Shown here: in pieces, positions 19,401 through 34,043 of the stretch
Position numbering within the stretch: position 1 is the stretch's first letter
Layout of the letters: each line of letters begins with the position of its first letter
NCBI GenBank assembly: GCA_009914755.4
Contig: CP086569.2
Coordinates: 23,968,001 to 24,032,000, forward strand
Source of the DNA: the human T2T-CHM13v2.0 reference genome, Homo sapiens
Direction of reading: 5' to 3'
Length of the DNA stretch: 64,000 nt
Position numbers and translations under genes: made by a program
Notes under the pieces: generated by a model
Database searches by the model: none
Told to the model about the DNA's origin: nothing
Seen by the model: the letters and a program-made list of their open reading frames with translations, nothing else

Positions 19401-22400
19401 TGAATACTCCCTTTCTTTGATTATATAGTCTATCATTATGTAGACCTGCCATTGCTTAAGCACATAAAAACCTGAGGACAAAAAAGGCACTGTTGCTGCC
19501 ATGGGAGTTTATAATCGGGTTAACAAGAAGGAAACAACAACAAAAAAAACATTAACATAAAAAGTCACTTAAAAATATTTGTAGGCATATATGACATGGA
19601 AAAAAATCAAGAATGAACAGGAAGTCTATGTTTGGCTAATTCCCTTAACGTCAAGGACAACATAATCCCTTTGCTACCCAACAGGCCCCTAAGGTGGAAT
19701 CTTAAAAAATCAATCAATAAATAAAAGGAAACCAAAACTATTGAAGTATTACTACACATTTTCAAAAACACATGAGAAACACAATATTAAAGTACTTATC
19801 CTGCTGTCTCCTTTTTTATTGTAATAAAAGTAACAGAAAGGAAAACTCAAATACTTTATGTTTCTAGTCCATGACATTCTTGTTACTTTTACATTGGAAA
19901 CTTCAGCTTTCTCCACATTTTCGGGATTTCGCAATGTGGAAACCTCAAAGATACTAGCTCTTTCAGTTTATTACCGTAGATATAATTATGGGTCACAGAT
20001 ACACTTGTATCTATGAAAAGAGATCCAGAGCATTACTATCGTCAAACAGCCAGCTAAAATGAAAATGTAATTGGGATTCTGTGCTCTGAAAAGTGCAGCA
20101 TAATTTTATTTCAGTCTATCTCCCTAAGAAAATTCATGAAAGACACTTTGGACGTTTCATTTAGCTATTTGACAGTAAAGATGAAAACTACATCCAGAAA
20201 TGAAGAAGAGAACACCAAATCTCAGAAATCTGTTCTACAGAAAAGTTATTGCCAAGTATATTCCTGTCAAAATACTACCTCATTATTCTAAATAACACAG
20301 AGGTCTTCATTCTACACTAAGTGTTTCCTTAAATTTTAGGTACAATTCACTAGTTTAAAATGAGCAACTATTCAGGAAATTTGTATGAACAAGTTAAAGG
20401 CCTCAATAATACCTAAAAGCAAATCATTTTACTCCCTCTGACATTACCTGATAATTGTATACAGGGAACTGATATCCAGTGGCGACTTGAAATGGTGAAT
20501 TTGGATAAGCAGGAAATGCCTGAAAAGAAAGGTTCCAGAAAAAAATGAATACGGTAAACCATTTTTTTAAAATTAGAAAGAAATATAATTCTGAATATAA
20601 CAAAAATAGGTAAAATATTGTTTTTCTACATACAATAATGCAGAATTCTAAATGAATGACTGACTTTATGAAGAAAGAAAGATTCTATGACAAGTGCTAC
20701 ACTTTGGGAGTGAAGGGGGAACTAATGACAAAAGAATTGACTATTTCACCAAAGTTTACCTTATACTGTGTACTTATTCACACCCAGAAGTTATTTCTTA
20801 CACTGGTGGTAAGGCTCCATTAAGAGAGATTGCAAGGTAAGTTAAATTAATACATTTGCTATTTCCCTGTCAGAATATTTCTAGACTGTTTTGTATCAGA
20901 CAATATTATAGGACAATATATAGTTTGACAGATGTTATGGCTTTGTCTGTACTTCATTACGAAAAACTAAGTGCAGTCTATAATCCAATACTGGACAAGA
21001 GAAAGTATAATGTCTTATATGTTTCAAAAAATTTTTATTATCTGAAAACATACAGGTAGCAGCATACATGAATACACCCAGATTCAGTAATCGCTCACAG
21101 TAAATGACAGAAACAAGTAAGGCTTTTTTTCTAGCCATTGTTCAGAGAAGGAAAAAGAAGAGGTATACCATACATGTTTCAAGTACATGGAAAATATCAC
21201 GAAATTAGAGACAACCGCAGAACTATTTCACTATTATTTTGTTACTACATTTTCCATCAAAGAAAATGTCTTTTAAGCTAACACATCAATGAAATGAACT
21301 AAGAAGAATATAAACGTTATTTATCAACAGTAAGTGATAGAGTATGTCAAACCCTACTTTAAATATCAATGTCACCAGGATCAGAGAAATTAGATGCCAG
21401 AAACTCAAGCGGTTTATATATATATACTAAATCACATCAGAAATCTACCCATTCCAGAACCAGAATATATCCAGAAGTCAGCAATTTATATGAGGAGGCA
21501 TCTGGAAATCATTTCAAATAAAGGATAGCTAGATGAATTGCTAAACTTACGGAAGAATAAAGTAGGCAGACACATAAGGAGAGCTGCTTTCATTCACTTT
21601 AGGAACTGCTTATACGGGGGAAAGCTGCTCTGGTGATTTGCAGGTAATACTCTCCTTTACTTCTATTCTTATTTAAGCATAATTAACAGCAAAGCATTTC
21701 TGTTTCTCTTCTATAAATTTACTACTGCTGGTAAAGCCAGAGGCAGATTCTATGCAGCTACATGCTAATTCTAAAGTCACGTGAATATTACCTTTCTTTG
21801 ATTATATAGTCTATCATTATGTGGAGCTGCCATTGCTTAAGCACATAAAACCCTGAGGGCAAAAAAGGCACTGTTGCTGCCATGGGAGTTTATACTCGGG
21901 TTAACAAGAAAGTAACAACAACAACAACAAACATTAATATAGAGAGTCACTTAAAAATATTTATAGGCATATATGACATGGAAAAAAAATCAAGAATGAA
22001 CAGGAAGTCTATGTTTGGCTAATTCCCTTAACGTCAAGGACAACATAATCCCTTTGCTCCCCAACAGGCCCCTAAGGTGGCATCTTTAAAAAAAAAAAAA
22101 AAAAAAGGAAACCAAAACTATTAAACTATTCCTACATATTTTCAAACACACATGAGAAACACAGTATTGAAGTACTTATTCCGCTGTCTCCTTTTTTATT
22201 ATAATAAAAGTAACAGAAAGGAAAACTTAAGTACTTTATGTTTCTTGTCCATGACATTCTTGTTACTTTAAATTTGAATCTTCACCTTTCTCCAAATTTT
22301 TGGGAGTTGGCAATGTGGAAACCTCAAAAATACTAGCTCTTTCAGTTTATTACCATAGATATAGTTATGGGTCATAGATATACTTGTATCTATGAGAAGA

Positions 22401-25400
22401 GATCCTGAGAATGACTACCGTCAAACAGCCAGCTAAAATGAAAATATAATTGGAATTCTGTGCTCTGAAAAGTGGATCATAATTTTATTTCACTCTATCT
22501 CCCTAAAAAAATTCATGAAAGTCAGTTTGGATGTTTCATTCAGCTATTTGACAGCAAAGATGAAAACTATATCCACAAATGAAGAAGGGGACACCAAATC
22601 TCAGAAATCTCTTCTACACAAATGTTATTGCCAAGGATATTCCTGTAAAAATATTACTTCATTACTTCTAAATAAGACAGAGGTCTTCATTCTACACTAA
22701 GTCTTTCCTTAAATTTTAGGGACACTTCACTAGTTAAAAATGACCAACTATTCAGGAAATTTCTATAAACAAGTTAAAGGCCTCAATAATACCTGAAAGC
22801 AAACCATTTTACTACCTCTTACATTACCTGATAATTGTATACAGGCAACTGATATCCAGTGGTGACCTGAACTGGTGAATTTGGATAAGCAGGAAATGCC
22901 TGAAAAGGTTGCAGAAAAAATGAATATGGTAAACCACATTTTAAAATTAGAAAGAAATATAATTCCCAATATAAGAAAAATATTACAAAACGGAAAATAT
23001 CCTTTTTCTACATACAACAATGCAGAATTCCAAATGAATGACTTTATGAGGAAAGAAAGATTCTATGTCAAGTGCTACACTTTGGGTGTGAAGGGGGAAC
23101 AAATGACAAAGAACTGACTACTTCACCAAAATTTACCTTATACTGTGTACTTATTCACACCCAGAAATTATGTCTTACACTGGTGATAAGGTTCCACTAA
23201 GACAGATTGCAATGTAAGGTAAATCAATACATTTGCAATTTCGCTGTAAGAATATTTCCAGACTGTTTTGTATCAGACAATATTGTAGGGTAATATGTAG
23301 TTCTATAGATGTTATGGCTTTGTCTGTATTTCATTCCAAAAAACTAATTGCAGTCTATATTCCAATACTGGAGAATAAAAAGTATAATGTCTGACATGTT
23401 TCAACAAATTCTTATTGTTTGAAAACATACAGGTAGCAGCATACATGAATACACCCAGAATCACTAATGCCTCACAGTAAACGAGAGAAACAAGTAGGGC
23501 TTTTTTTCTAGCCATGGTTCAGAGAAGGAAAAAGAAGAGGTATACCATACATGTTTCAAGTACATGGAAAATATCAACAAATTAGAGACACAGCAGAACG
23601 ATTTCACTATTATTTCATTACTTCATTTTCTGTCAAAGAAAATGTCTTTTAAGCTAACACATCAATGAAATGAACTAAGAAGAAAATAAACGATATTTAT
23701 CAACAGTAAGTGACACACTATGTCAAACCCTACTTTAAATATCAATGTAACCACGATCAGAGAAATTACATGCCAGAAACTCACCGGGTTTATATATATA
23801 TACTAAACCACGTCAGAAATCTGCCCATTCCAGAACCAGAATATATCCAGAAGTCAGCCATTTATATGAGGAGGCATGTGGCAATCATTTCAAATAAAGG
23901 ATAGCTAGATAAACTGCTAAACTTACCGAAGAATAAAGTAGGCAGACACATAAGGAGAGCTGCTTTCATTCACTTTAGGAACTGCTTATAAGGGGGAAAG
24001 CAGCTCCGGTGAGTTGGAGGTAATACTCTCCTTTACTCCTATTCTTATTTAGGCGTCATTAACAGCAAAGCATTTCTGTTTCTCTTCTATAAATTTTCTA
24101 CTGCTGGTAAAGCCAGAGGCATATTCTGTGCAGACACATGCTAATTCTAAAGTCACGTGAATACTCCCTTTCTTTGATTATATAGTCTATCATTATGTAG
24201 ACCTGCCATTGCTTAAGCACATAAAAACCTGAGGACAAAAAAGGCACTGTTGCTGCCATGGGAGTTTATAATCGGGTTAACAAGAAGGAAACAACAACAA
24301 AAAAAACATTAACATAAAAAGTCACTTAAAAATATTTGTAGGCATATATGACATGGAAAAAAATCAAGAATGAACAGGAAGTCTATGTTTGGCTAATTCC
24401 CTTAACGTCAAGGACAACATAATCCCTTTGCTACCCAACAGGCCCCTAAGGTGGAATCTTAAAAAATCAATCAATAAATAAAAGGAAACCAAAACTATTG
24501 AAGTATTACTACACATTTTCAAAAACACATGAGAAACACAATATTAAAGTACTTATCCTGCTGTCTCCTTTTTTATTGTAATAAAAGTAACAGAAAGGAA
24601 AACTCAAATACTTTATGTTTCTAGTCCATGACATTCTTGTTACTTTTACATTGGAAACTTCAGCTTTCTCCACATTTTCGGGATTTCGCAATGTGGAAAC
24701 CTCAAAGATACTAGCTCTTTCAGTTTATTACCGTAGATATAATTATGGGTCACAGATACACTTGTATCTATGAAAAGAGATCCAGAGCATTACTATCGTC
24801 AAACAGCCAGCTAAAATGAAAATGTAATTGGGATTCTGTGCTCTGAAAAGTGCAGCATAATTTTATTTCAGTCTATCTCCCTAAGAAAATTCATGAAAGA
24901 CACTTTGGACGTTTCATTTAGCTATTTGACAGTAAAGATGAAAACTACATCCAGAAATGAAGAAGAGAACACCAAATCTCAGAAATCTGTTCTACAGAAA
25001 AGTTATTGCCAAGTATATTCCTGTCAAAATACTACCTCATTATTCTAAATAACACAGAGGTCTTCATTCTACACTAAGTGTTTCCTTAAATTTTAGGTAC
25101 AATTCACTAGTTTAAAATGAGCAACTATTCAGGAAATTTGTATGAACAAGTTAAAGGCCTCAATAATACCTAAAAGCAAATCATTTTACTCCCTCTGACA
25201 TTACCTGATAATTGTATACAGGGAACTGATATCCAGTGGCGACTTGAAATGGTGAATTTGGATAAGCAGGAAATGCCTGAAAAGAAAGGTTCCAGAAAAA
25301 AATGAATACGGTAAACCATTTTTTTAAAATTAGAAAGAAATATAATTCTGAATATAACAAACATAGGTAAAATATTGTTTTTCTACATACAATAATGCAG

Positions 25401-25973
25401 AATTCTAAATGAATGACTGACTTTATGAAGAAAGAAAGATTCTATGACAAGTGCTACACTTTGGGAGTGAAGGGGGAACTAATGACAAAAGAATTGACTA
25501 TTTCACCAAAGTTTACCTTATACTGTGTACTTATTCACACCCAGAAGTTATTTCTTACACTGGTGGTAAGGCTCCATTAAGAGAGATTGCAAGGTAAGTT
25601 AAATTAATACATTTGCTATTTCCCTGTCAGAATATTTCTAGACTGTTTTGTATCAGACAATATTATAGGACAATATATAGTTTGACAGATGTTATGGCTT
25701 TGTCTGTACTTCACTACGAAAAACTAAGTGCAGTCTATAATCCAATACTGGACAAGAGAAAGTATAATGTCTTATATATTTCAAAAAATTTTTATTATCT
25801 GAAAACATACAGGTAGCAGCATACATGAATACACCCAGATTCAGTAATCGCTCACAGTAAATGACAGAAACAAGTAAGGCTTTTTTTCTAGCCATTGTTC
25901 AGAGAAGGAAAAAGAAGAGGTATACCATACATGTTTCAAGTACATGGAAAATATCACGAAATTAGAGACAACC
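16460..25973. repeat. Higher-order repeat: a two-unit 4757-bp block present twice in tandem (16460-21216 and 21217-25973) at ~99.9-100% identity
   Basis: Identical ORF-track peptides sit exactly 4757 bp apart (17758/22515, 18006/22763, 18118/22875, 18555/23312, 18953/23710, 19752/24509). Only 1-2 substitutions appear near the block end (20856 vs 25613, 20935 vs 25692). Confidence 0.9.
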
Positions 25974-28900
25974 GCAGAACTATTTCACTATTATTTTGTT
26001 ACTTCATTTTCCATCAAAGAAAATGTCTTTTAAGCTAACACATAAATAAAACGAACTAAGAAGAATATAAAGGTTAGTTATCAACATTAAGTGATGGAGT
26101 ATGTCAAACCCTACTTTAAATATCAGTGTAACCAGAATCAGAGAAATTAGACGCCAGAAGCTCACGGGGTTTATATATATACTAAACCACATCAGAAATC
26201 TACCCATTCCAGAAGAAGAATATTTCCAGAAGTCAGCAATTTATATGAGGAGGCATCCGGAAATCATTTCAAATAAAGAATAGCTAGATGAACTGCTAAA
26301 CTTACCAAAGAATAAAGTAGGCAGACACATAAGGGGAGCTGCTTTCATTCACTTTAGGAACTGGTTATAAGGGGGAAAGCAGCTCCGGTGATTTGGCGGT
26401 AATACTCTCGTTTACTCCTATTCTCATTTAAGCGTCATTAACAGCAAAGCATTTCTGTTTCTCTTCTATAAATATTCTATTGCTGGTAAAGCCAGAGGCA
26501 GATTCTATGCAGATACATGCTAATTGTAAAGTCACATGAACACTACCTTTCTTTGATTATATAGTCTGTCATTATATGGACCTGCCATTGCTTAACCACA
26601 TAAAAACCTGAGGGCAAAAAAGGCACTCTTGCTCCCATGGGAGTTTATAATCGGGTTAACAAGAAAGTAACAACAACAAAAAAATTAATATAAAGAATCA
26701 CTTAAAAATATTTATAGGCATATATGACATGGAAAAAAATCAAGAATGAACAGGAAATCTATGTTTGGCTAATTCACTTAACGTCAAGGACAACATAATC
26801 CTTTGCTCCCCAACAGGACCTTATGGTGGCATCTTAAAAAAAAAAAAGAAAGAAAAAGAAAGAAAAAAAAAGGACACCGAAACTATTATATGTATTCCTA
26901 AACATTTTCAAAAACACATGAGAAATACAACATTGAAGTACTTATCCGGCTGTCTCCTTTTTCATTATAATAAAAGTAACAGAAAGGAAAACTTAAGTAC
27001 TTTATGTTTCTAGTCCATGACATTCTTGTTACTTTTATATTGGAAACTTCACCTTTCTCCAAATTTTCGGGAGTTGGCAACGTGGAAACCTCAAAGATAC
27101 TACCTCTTTCAGTTTCTTACCATAGATGTAATTATGGGTCATAGATATACTTGTATCTATGAAAAGAGATCCAGAGCATTACTATCTTCAAACAGCCAGC
27201 TAAAATGAAAATGTAATTGGGATTCTGTGCTCTGAAAAGTGCAGCATAAATTTATTTCACTCTATCTCCCTAAGAAAATTCATGAAAGTCAGTTTGGATG
27301 TTTCATTCAGCTATTTCACAGTAAAGATGAAAACTGCATCCAGAAATAAAGAAGAGAACACCACATCTCAGAAATCTCTTCTACAGAAAAGTTATTGCCA
27401 AGTATATTCCTCTCAAAATACTACTTCATTACTTCTAAATAAGACAGAGGTCTTCATTCTACACTACTTCTACGTGTTTCCTTAAATTTTAGGTACACTT
27501 CACTAATTTAAAATGACCAGCTATTCAGGAAATTTGTATAAACAAGTTGAATGCCTCAATAATACCTGAAAGTAAATCATTTTACTCCTTCTTACATTAC
27601 CTGATAATTATATACAGGCAACTGATATCCAGCAGTGACCTGAAATGGTGAACTTGGATAAGCAGGAAATGGCTGAAAAGAAAGGTTGCAGAAAAAAATG
27701 AATATGGTAAACCACTTTTTAAAATTACAAAGAAACATAATTCCCAATATAACAAAAATATTACAAAAGGTAAAATATCCTTTTTCTACGTACAACAATG
27801 CAGAATTCCAAATGAATGACTGACTTTATGAAGAAAGAAAGATTCTAGGTCAAGTGCTACACTATGGGTGTGAAGGGGGAACAAATGACAAAATTGACTA
27901 CTTCACCAAAGTTTACCTTATACTGTGTACTTATTCACACCCAGACGTTATTTCTTACACTGGTGGTAAGGCTCCATTAAGAGAGATTGCAAGGTAAGTT
28001 AAATTAATACATTTGCAATTTCTCTGTAAGAATATTTCTAGACTGTTTTGTATCAGACAATATTATAGGGTAATATGTAGTTCGACAGATGTTATGGCTT
28101 TGTCTGTACTTCATTACGAAAAACTAAGTGCAGTCTATGATCCAATACTGGAGAAGAGAAAGTATAATGTCTTACATGTTTCAATAAATTCTTATTGTTT
28201 GAAAACATACAGGTAGCAGCATACATGAATACACCCAGAATCAGTGATGCCTCACAGTAAATGACAGAAAAAAGTAGGACTTTTTTTCTAGCCATTGTTC
28301 AGAGAAGGAAAAAGAAGAGGTATACCATACAAGTTTCAAGTACATGGAAAATATCAACAAATTAGAGACACTGCAGAACTATTTCACTATTATTTTGTTA
28401 CTTCATTTTCCGTCAAAGAAAATGTCTTTAAAGCTAACACGTCAATAAAATGAACTAAGAAGAATATAAACGTTATTTATCAACAGTAGGTGACAGAGTA
28501 TGTCAAACCCTACTTTAAATATCAATGTAACCAGGATCAGAGAAATTAGATGCCAGAAGCTCACGGGGTTTACATATATATACTAAACCACATCAGAAAT
28601 CTACCCATTCCAGAACCAGGAAATATCCAGAAGTCAGCAATTTATATGAGGAGGCATCTGGAAATCATTTCAAATAAAGGATAGCTAGATGAACTGCTAA
28701 ACTTACCGAAGAATAAAGTAGGCAGACACATAAGGAGAGCTGCTTTCATTCACTTTAGGAACTGCTTATAAGGGGGAAAGCAGCTCCGGTGATTTGGAGG
28801 TAATACTCTCCTTTACTCCTATTCTTATTTAGGCGTCATTAACAGCAAAGCATTTCTGTTTCTCTTCTATAAATTTTCTACTGCTGGTAAAGCCAGAGGC

Positions 28901-31900
28901 ATATTCTATGCAGACACATGCTAATTCTAAAGTCACGTGAATACTCCCTTTCTTTGATTATATAGTCTATCATTATGTAGACCTGCCATTGCTTAAGCAC
29001 ATAAAAACCTGAGGACAAAAAAGGCACTGTTGCTGCCATGGGAGTTTATAATCGGGTTAACAAGAAGGAAACAACAACAAAAAAAACATTAACATAAAAA
29101 GTCACTTAAAAATATTTGTAGGCATATATGACATGGAAAAAAATCAAGAATGAACAGGAAGTCTATGTTTGGCTAATTCCCTTAACGTCAAGGACAACAT
29201 AATCCCTTTGCTACCCAACAGGCCCCTAAGGTGGAATCTTAAAAAATCAATCAATAAATAAAAGGAAACCAAAACTATTGAAGTATTGCTACACATTTTC
29301 AAAAACACATGAGAAACACAATATTAAAGTACTTATCCTGCTGTCTCCTTTTTTATTGTAATAAAAGTAACAGAAAGGAAAACTCAAATACTTTATGTTT
29401 CTAGTCCATGACATTCTTGTTACTTTTACATTGGAAACTTCAGCTCTCTCCACATTTTCGGGATTTCGCAATGTGGAAACCTCAAAGATACTAGCTCTTT
29501 CAGTTTATTACCATAGATATAATTATGGGTCACAGATACACTTGTATCTATGAAAAGAGATCCAGAGCATTACTATCTTCAAACAGCCAGCTAAAATGAA
29601 AATGTAATTGGGATTCTGTGCTCTGAAAAGTGCAGCATAATTTTATTTCAGTCTATCTCCCTAAGAAAATTCATGAAAGACACTTTGGACGTTTCATTTA
29701 GCTATTTGACAGTAAAGATGAAAACTACATCCAGAAATGAAGAAGAGAACACCAAATCTCAGAAATCTGTTCTACAGAAAAGTTATTGCCAAGTATATTC
29801 CTGTCAAAATACTACCTCATTATTCTAAATAACACAGAGGTCTTCATTCTACACTAAGTGTTTCCTTAAATTTTAGGTACAATTCACTAGTTTAAAATGA
29901 GCAACTATTCAGGAAATTTGTATGAACAAGTTAAAGGCCTCAATAATACCTAAAAGCAAATCATTTTACTCCCTCTGACATTACCTGATAATTGTATACA
30001 GGGAACTGATATCCAGTGGCGACTTGAAATGGTGAATTTGGATAAGCAGGAAATGCCTGAAAAGAAAGGTTCCAGAAAAAAATGAATACGGTAAACCATT
30101 TTTTTAAAATTAGAAAGAAATATAATTCTGAATATAACAAAAATAGGTAAAATATTGTTTTTCTACATACAATAATGCAGAATTCTAAATGAATGACTGA
30201 CTTTATGAAGAAAGAAAGATTCTATGACAAGTGCTACACTTTGGGAGTGAAGGGGGAACTAATGACAAAAGAATTGACTATTTCACCAAAGTTTACCTTA
30301 TACTGTGTACTTATTCACACCCAGAAGTTATTTCTTACACTGGTGGTAAGGCTCCATTAAGAGAGATTGCAAGGTAAGTTAAATTAATACATTTGCTATT
30401 TCCCTGTCAGAATATTTCTAGACTGTTTTGTATCAGACAATATTATAGGACAATATATAGTCTGACAGATGTTATGGCTTTGTCTGTACTTCATTACGAA
30501 AAACTAAGTGCAGTCTATAATCCAATACTGGACAAGAGAAAGTATAATGTCTTATATGTTTCAAAAAATTTTTATTATCTGAAAACATACAGGTAGCAGC
30601 ATACATGAATACACCCAGATTCAGTAATCGCTCACAGTAAATGACAGAAACAAGTAAGGCTTTTTTTCTAGCCATTGTTCAGAGAAGGAAAAAGAAGAGG
30701 TATACCATACATGTTTCAAGTACATGGAAAATATCACGAAATTAGAGACAACCGCAGAACTATTTCACTATTATTTTGTTACTTCATTTTCCATCAAAGA
30801 AAATGTCTTTTAAGCTAACACATAAATAAAACGAACTAAGAAGAATATAAAGGTTAGTTATCAACATTAAGTGATGGAGTATGTCAAACCCTACTTTAAA
30901 TATCAGTGTAACCAGAATCAGAGAAATTAGACGCCAGAAGCTCACGGGGTTTATATATATACTAAACCACATCAGAAATCTACCCATTCCAGAAGAAGAA
31001 TATTTCCAGAAGTCAGCAATTTATATGAGGAGGCATCCGGAAATCATTTCAAATAAAGAATAGCTAGATGAACTGCTAAACTTACCAAAGAATAAAGTAG
31101 GCAGACACATAAGGGGAGCTGCTTTCATTCACTTTAGGAACTGGTTATAAGGGGGAAAGCAGCTCCGGTGATTTGGCGGTAATACTCTCGTTTACTCCTA
31201 TTCTCATTTAAGCGTCATTAACAGCAAAGCATTTCTGTTTCTCTTCTATAAATATTCTATTGCTGGTAAAGCCAGAGGCAGATTCTATGCAGATACATGC
31301 TAATTGTAAAGTCACATGAACACTACCTTTCTTTGATTATATAGTCTGTCATTATATGGACCTGCCATTGCTTAACCACATAAAAACCTGAGGGCAAAAA
31401 AGGCACTCTTGCTCCCATGGGAGTTTATAATCGGGTTAACAAGAAAGTAACAACAACAAAAAAATTAATATAAAGAATCACTTAAAAATATTTATAGGCA
31501 TATATGACATGGAAAAAAATCAAGAATGAACAGGAAATCTATGTTTGGCTAATTCACTTAACGTCAAGGACAACATAATCCTTTGCTCCCCAACAGGACC
31601 TTATGGTGGCATCTTAAAAAAAAAAAAGAAAGAAAAAGAAAGAAAAAAAAAGGACACCGAAAGTATTATATGTATTCCTACACATTTTCAAAAACACATG
31701 AGAAATACAACATTGAAGTACTTATCCGGCTGTCTCCTTTTTCATTATAATAAAAGTAACAGAAAGGAAAACTTAAGTACTTTATGTTTCTAGTCCATGA
31801 CATTCTTGTTACTTTTATATTGGAAACTTCACCTTTCTCCAAATTTTCGGGAGTTGGCAAGGTGGAAACCTCAAAGATACTACCTCTTTCAGTTTCTTAC

Positions 31901-33570
31901 CATAGATGTAATTATGGGTCATAGATATACTTGTATCTATGAAAAGAGATCCAGAGCATTACTATCTTCAAACAGCCAGCTAAAATGAAAATGTAATTGG
32001 GATTCTGTGCTCTGAAAAGTGCAGCATAAATTTATTTCACTCTATCTCCCTAAGAAAATTCATGAAAGTCAGTTTGGATGTTTCATTCAGCTATTTCACA
32101 GTAAAGATGAAAACTGCATCCAGAAATAAAGAAGAGAACACCACATCTCAGAAATCTCTTCTACAGAAAAGTTATTGCCAAGTATATTCCTCTCAAAATA
32201 CTACTTCATTACTTCTAAATAAGACAGAGGTCTTCATTCTACACTACTTCTACGTGTTTCCTTAAATTTTAGGTACACTTCACTAATTTAAAATGACCAA
32301 CTATTCAGGAAATTTGTATAAACAAGTTGAATGCCTCAGTAATACCTGAAAGTAAATCATTTTACTCCTTCTTACATTACCTGATAATTATATACAGGCA
32401 ACTGATATCCAGCAGTGACCTGAAATGGTGATCTTGGATAAGCAGGAAATGGCTGAAAAGAAAGGTTGCAGAAAAAAATGAATATGGTAAACCACTTTTT
32501 AAAATTACAAAGAAATATAATTCCCAATATAACAAAAATATTACAAAAGGTAAAATATCCTTTTTCTACGTACAACAATGCAGAATTCCAAATGAATGAC
32601 TGACTTTATGAAGAAAGAAAGATTCTAGGTCAAGTGCTACACTATGGGTGTGAAGGGGGAACAAATGACAAAAGAATTGACTACTTCACCAAAGTTTACC
32701 TTATACTGTGTACTTATTCACACCCAGACGTTATTTCTTACACTGGTGGTAAGGCTCCATTAAGAGAGATTGCAAGGTAAGTTAAATTAATACATTTGCA
32801 ATTTCTCTGTAAGAATATTTCCAGACTGTTTTGTATCAGACAATATTATAGGGTAATATGTAGTTCGACAGATGTTATGGCTTTGTCTGTACTTCATTAC
32901 AAAAAACTAAGTGCAGTCTATGATCCAATACTGGAGAAGAGAAAGTATAATGTCTTACATGTTTCAATAAATTCTTATTGTTTGAAAACATACAGGTAGC
33001 AGCATACATGAATACACCCAGAATCAGTGATGCCTCACAGTAAATGACAGAAAAAAGTAGGACTTTTTTTCTAGCCATTGTTCAGAGAAGGAAAAAGAAG
33101 AGGTATACCATACAAGTTTCAAGTACATGCAAAATATCAACAAATTAGAGACACTGCATAACTATTTCACTATTATTTTGTTACTTCATTTTCCGTCAAA
33201 GAAAATGTCTTTAAAGCTAACACGTCAATAAAATGAACTAAGAAGAATATAAACGTTATTTATCAACAGTAGGTGACAGAGTATGTCAAACCCTACTTTA
33301 AATATCAATGTAACCAGGATCAGAGAAATTAGATGCCAGAAGCTCACGGGGTTTACATATATATACTAAACCACATCAGAAATCTACCCATTCCAGAACC
33401 AGGAAATATCCAGAAGTCAGCAATTTATATGAGGAGGCATCTGGAAATCATTTCAAATAAAGGATAGCTAGATGAACTGCTAAACTTACCGAAGAATAAA
33501 GTAGGCAGACACATAAGGAGAGCTGCTTTCATTCACTTTAGGAACTGCTTATAAGGGGGAAAGCAGCTCC
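25974..33570. repeat. Second higher-order repeat: a 4780/4783-bp two-unit block, ~1.6 tandem copies at ~99.5% identity
   Basis: Peptides 4780 bp apart (25613/30393, 26004/30784, 26101/30881, 26898/31678, 27282/32062) are identical or differ by 1-2 residues. Identity decays after ~33570 (compare 28797 with 33580). Confidence 0.85.
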
Positions 33571-34012
33571 GGTGATTTGGAGGTAATACTCTCGTTCACT
33601 CCTGTTCTTATTTAAGCGTCATTAACAGCAAAGCAATTCTGTTTCTCTTCTATAAATTTTCTATTGCTGGTAAAGCCAGAGGCTGATTATTGGCAGATAC
33701 GTGATAATTCTAAAGTCAAGTGAATACTACTTTTCTGTGATTATATAGTCTATCATTATGTGGACCTGCCATTGCTTAGGCACATAAAAACCTGAGGGCA
33801 AAAAAGGCACTCTTGCTCCCATGGGAGTTCATAATCGGGTTAACAAGAAAGTAACAACGACAAAAAAATTAATATAAAGAATCACTTAAAAATATTTATA
33901 GGCATATAGGACATGGAAAAAAATCAAGAATGAACAGGAAGTCTATGTTTGGCTAATTCACTTAACGTCAAGAACGGAATCCCTTTGCTCCCCAACAGGC
34001 CCCTATGGTGGC

Positions 34013-34043
<31 letters not shown>
